Shown here piece after piece: positions 60,665-64,000 of a DNA stretch of 64,000 bases. Under the pieces are notes generated by a model. That model was not told the DNA's origin. It did no database searches and saw nothing but the letters and a program-made list of their open reading frames with translations. Source of the stretch: Candidatus Latescibacterota bacterium (GTDB lineage: Bacteria > Latescibacterota > UBA2968 > GCA-2709665); NCBI GenBank assembly GCA_965203805.1, contig OZ241917.1:3936001-4000000 (forward strand). Direction: 5' to 3'. Made by a program: the position numbers and the translations under genes. The first letter of the stretch is position 1. Every line of letters begins with the position of its first letter.

Positions 60665-62257
60665 ATGGCATATACACGACATGCCCCGATAGCCATTCCG
60701 TTAAGTATCTGTCTCTGCACTTTTTTTCCTATTGCCTTCGGGTGGATTGTCGGCCCTGTGGCGTCTGAAGGGAAACCCCCGGCCGTCCCGTTCGACGGGC
60801 CGACAAGCACTGATTGGTACGCAGTTTTCGTAAAGTGGGATCAAGCGTACGGGGACAATTATCTGGACGGACGCGACGGGGGATCGTTCGCCTGGGGTCC
60901 TTCGGCCTACGTACAGAGGATGTACCTGAATCTCTTTCGGGCATTCAATGAGAGGGTCTGGCTGGACAAGCTGGCAGGGCAGATCGACCGCATTCTGGCG
61001 TCCGGGTCGGACGTGCCGCCGTACGAAGTCTACGATCCTCGATACGCGGACGGTTACCGGGGCTGGGGACAGAACCGCTACCGCCAGTACAAGCCCGAAT
61101 ATACCGAATGGCTCTCTGACGACGGGTTGATCGTCAGCCCCATCCTGGCATTCGTGGAGCTCGTCCGGGACGATCCGTACCTGCACGCGGCCTATAAGGC
61201 CAAAGCGGATGACTACCTCCGCATTGTCGAAGCGGACGTGATCGCGAAATGGTACGCCAACTGGGCGCCGGATCGCGGGTGGACGAAAGAGGACAGCAGC
61301 CGCTACCGCGAAGACGCGGGATACCACGTGTACGAATGGTCCGGATGGAAACGCCAGCCGCTGAATATGTACCTGTCGTTTACGGATGCGCTGATAACGC
61401 TCCGTCGACTTTCAGAATCGCCTTATTACAAACCTTACAAGGAGGCGTTTGTACCGTTCTACGCTGAACAGAGCGAGCAGATGATGCGGCACTTTCGCCG
61501 CCAACTGTCGTACGATACGGAAACCGACGCCTATACGTGGAAATACGGTCCTGAAAGCCACTGGCCCGACATGATGGAGGACGTCGGGCATGCCTTTATC
61601 GACATTCAGGCGGCGCTTCAGGGGGTGCAAAGCGGGCTGAGTTTCACCCGGACAGATCTTGCGAGAATGGCCAATACGTTTGTACGCCGTGTCTGGAACG
61701 GAAGCCTGGACGAGCCGGCATTCAAATATTACATCGGCGGCCCACCGGATAAGCTCGACGCGGAACGCGGATTCAGGGGGTGGGGCTTTCTCTACCTGGC
61801 CGGGTACGACTACCGGATCTGGGAATCGATGGCCGCGTACTTCGAAGAGCAGGTTTCAATGCACGGCGCACCGTCGCATATTGCGGCAACGGCCGCGATG
61901 CTTGCCATATCCGCGCAGGCGCACGACCGATGGGCCCCCGGCGCTCCACTTCACGTCGAAATCATTCGTAGCGGACAGGACATGCGGATTTCGTGGCGCC
62001 GTCCGGAAGCCGACGCCGACGGCACCGCGCTTACCGGACTGCAAGGATATTTCGTGTACCGGGCATCGGGGCCGGAAGGACCCTTCGACGCTCTGAACGA
62101 GGTTCCCCTGGCCGCAACGCAATACGTGGATCGCGGCGCGTTATCCGGACCTTATTTCTATCGGATCACCGCCGTGGACTACCGGCGCCCTTCGAACGAG
62201 GGTCCGCCGTCCGAGGTCGTGACGACGTCGAACAGTCGTCCCTGTCCAGGGCCCTGA
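60665..62257 (+). CDS. Exported hypothetical protein: aromatic-rich helical domain plus C-terminal fibronectin type III-like domain
   Basis: N-terminal hydrophobic segment. C-terminal APGAP..V..ISWRRP...GYFVYR...YVD...YFYRITAVD...NEGPPS. Confidence 0.65.
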   Translation: MAYTRHAPIAIPLSICLCTFFPIAFGWIVGPVASEGKPPAVPFDGPTSTDWYAVFVKWDQAYGDNYLDGRDGGSFAWGPSAYVQRMYLNLFRAFNERVWLDKLAGQIDRILASGSDVPPYEVYDPRYADGYRGWGQNRYRQYKPEYTEWLSDDGLIVSPILAFVELVRDDPYLHAAYKAKADDYLRIVEADVIAKWYANWAPDRGWTKEDSSRYREDAGYHVYEWSGWKRQPLNMYLSFTDALITLRRLSESPYYKPYKEAFVPFYAEQSEQMMRHFRRQLSYDTETDAYTWKYGPESHWPDMMEDVGHAFIDIQAALQGVQSGLSFTRTDLARMANTFVRRVWNGSLDEPAFKYYIGGPPDKLDAERGFRGWGFLYLAGYDYRIWESMAAYFEEQVSMHGAPSHIAATAAMLAISAQAHDRWAPGAPLHVEIIRSGQDMRISWRRPEADADGTALTGLQGYFVYRASGPEGPFDALNEVPLAATQYVDRGALSGPYFYRITAVDYRRPSNEGPPSEVVTTSNSRPCPGP

Positions 62258-62515
62258 AACCCGTCTGCGAAACTGGCGGTCGGTCCGGGCGGGGGCCGCC
62301 GCCGACAACGATTGCGAGATCGATAAATTATCTTATATTTGCATATTCATTTCCTGTTTCGGCAATATTAATTGTGATTTCGGATAAACTCACATCGCGA
62401 ACAGCCAGTTTGCGGCACGGAAAATTCAACTCGCGGTTTACGGTTTCCAGGCTATTTGAGAAGAAACCAGCATACCTACCGTCACGGTTCGACAGCCTTC
62501 GGAGGGAGCAAGGAA

Positions 62516-63172
62516 ATGGAAAAGCGGGTGTCACCGGTGTTGAAAATGGTTCGCCACACCGTACCGGATGAGGACTTCAAGGACAAATCGGATGGGTATT
62601 CCTCAGACTATGGCGTGTCACGGTCCTTGACCGCGCTGCGTTGTTCTCACGATGTCACGCAGGCTGAACTTGCGGAACGGGCGGGCTGCACGCAGAGCAA
62701 GATCTCGAGAATCGAGAACAGCCCGAACGATCGGCTTAAATTGGAAGCCCTGGCGATGTACGCACGCGCTTTCAACATGCGAGTCTCCTTTGACTTCGAG
62801 CGGGAATTGCCCGCGGCGGACGCCATCGGAGGCCTGGCGCGCCAGATCCGGACCAGCCTCGACGACGTGGACGAGACGACCCGGAACGACGGGGCCGCCG
62901 AGCGGGGTGCGGAACGGACTTACGAAGAATTCCTGTTCCAAATGCTGGACCTGTTTATGGAGAAGCTGGAGGCGCTCCGGTCGCGCCGCAACGGATCCGC
63001 GGAATCAGGGGTGGCGACGAGGGCGGAAAACGGAAGGCCGAACGATACGTTAGCTCGGAGCGAAACGCCAAGCCGTGAAAGACGGCAGAACGGCACTGCA
63101 GGAATCAGGATATGCACGCCAATCGACGCAAGCGAAAAGAACGGCAGGACCGAATCCCAACCCGAGCAGTGA
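62516..63172 (+). CDS. XRE/Cro-C1 family helix-turn-helix protein
   Basis: Part of ORF 62456..63172. LTALR...VTQAELAERAGCTQSKISRIEN. Confidence 0.75.
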   Translation: MEKRVSPVLKMVRHTVPDEDFKDKSDGYSSDYGVSRSLTALRCSHDVTQAELAERAGCTQSKISRIENSPNDRLKLEALAMYARAFNMRVSFDFERELPAADAIGGLARQIRTSLDDVDETTRNDGAAERGAERTYEEFLFQMLDLFMEKLEALRSRRNGSAESGVATRAENGRPNDTLARSETPSRERRQNGTAGIRICTPIDASEKNGRTESQPEQ

Positions 63173-63273
63173 AGAAGCCGGTTTGAAGGTGGGGCGGACA
63201 TTCCTGTCTGCCCGCTTCGCCAGGCGCCTCTCGTAGAAGACTCACGGAAAGACAGTAGAAATGGAGGAAGAAG

Positions 63274-64000
63274 ATGACAGCCCGAATCGCAATAGCATTG
63301 TTGGGGATCTCAAGCTTCTGGGCTTGCGGGAGCGACTCGGTGACGGCACCGGAGCCGCCGGCCCATGAAAGGGGTCTCCACGAGGTTGGCGCGATGACCC
63401 GGCCGCGCTTTGAGCACGCAGCGACGTTATTACAAAGTGGAAAGGTCCTGATCGCCGGGGGCAACGCGGAAATACCTCCTTCTGAACCTGGAGTACCTTT
63501 CAGGTCCAGCGGTCTTGTCAGCGCGGAGATCTTCGATCCTGAAACCGGGGTCTCAACACCAACGGGAGACCTGACCGCAAGTCGATGGGACGACCACGGC
63601 ATATTGCTTCCCGAAGGACGGGTCCTGATGATATCCAGATTTCTTAGACTCCCCATTGAGATGTACGACCCCCACTCCGGTAGATTCGATTCCGCAGCAA
63701 ACGCGCCGTGGTCAAATGGAACGAGTACTGCCACGCTGTTGCCCAACGGAGAGGTCCTTTTAATCGGAGGGTCATCCGCGGGTCGCGCACGTGTCCTCGA
63801 TCCCGCTTCAGGCACACTTTCCGACACATTCAGGATGGACCATCCCGGATATGGCCATACGGCCACTTTGCTGAAGGACGGCCGCGTGCTGATCGTTGGA
63901 GGAGCCCGCAGGGGAGTCGAGTTGACGGGACGGAATCTGATCTACGATCCCTCATCCGAAGCCTTTTCAAGAGCAGGCGACCTGCAGTTCGACCGCGCGC
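63274..64000 (+). CDS. Kelch-repeat lipoprotein running off the window end (not in ORF track)
   Basis: GGAGG RBS. Manual translation MTARIAIALLGISSFWACGSDS...RFEHAATLLQSGKVLIAGG, and later GHTATLLKDGRVLIVGG. Confidence 0.85.
   Translation, partial: MTARIAIALLGISSFWACGSDSVTAPEPPAHERGLHEVGAMTRPRFEHAATLLQSGKVLIAGGNAEIPPSEPGVPFRSSGLVSAEIFDPETGVSTPTGDLTASRWDDHGILLPEGRVLMISRFLRLPIEMYDPHSGRFDSAANAPWSNGTSTATLLPNGEVLLIGGSSAGRARVLDPASGTLSDTFRMDHPGYGHTATLLKDGRVLIVGGARRGVELTGRNLIYDPSSEAFSRAGDLQFDRA

Noticed and set aside
62516-63172. Toxin-antitoxin pair or prophage repressor
   Set aside because: No adjacent toxin or phage gene is recognisable. Only an isolated XRE HTH is supported.
63105-63866. 253 aa minus-strand ORF
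   Set aside because: It is the antisense shadow of the + strand Kelch lipoprotein starting at 63274.

Overview
GC-rich bacterial window dominated by paralog expansions of predicted exported or envelope proteins, all on the + strand. (1) Ten near-full-length TPR + GWxTD-type genes, two of them interrupted, plus one decayed 5' fragment and two orphan 3'-end scars. Five of them carry an extra N-terminal TolB-like region and a pilin/pseudopilin-like globular segment. (2) A five-copy tandem array (period about 1.16 kb) of signal peptide + dockerin-like EF-hand pair + FGE-sulfatase/C-type-lectin-fold genes that lack the FGE catalytic cysteines, with variable loops and recent mosaic exchange. (3) Four Kelch-repeat lipoproteins, three directly behind GWxTD genes. 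(4) Single genes: a MacB/FtsX permease, a PDG-repeat + CAP lipoprotein, an unknown lipoprotein, an FN3-tailed protein and an XRE regulator. A - strand metal-uptake island (about 41.5-51.3 kb) interrupts the array: a 43-aa ORF, ZnuCBA/Azt-type ABC transporter, CbiW-like Cys-rich protein, Fur-family regulator, COG0523 GTPase, WD40 protein, TonB-dependent receptor and PepSY-TM protein. It has Fur-like palindromes and a cobalamin-riboswitch B12-box remnant. No rRNA, tRNA, CRISPR, transposase, integrase or reverse transcriptase was recognised. The repertoire resembles Latescibacterota/Gemmatimonadota-type genomes, but that is inference. All domain calls come from reading motifs by eye, not from database searches.
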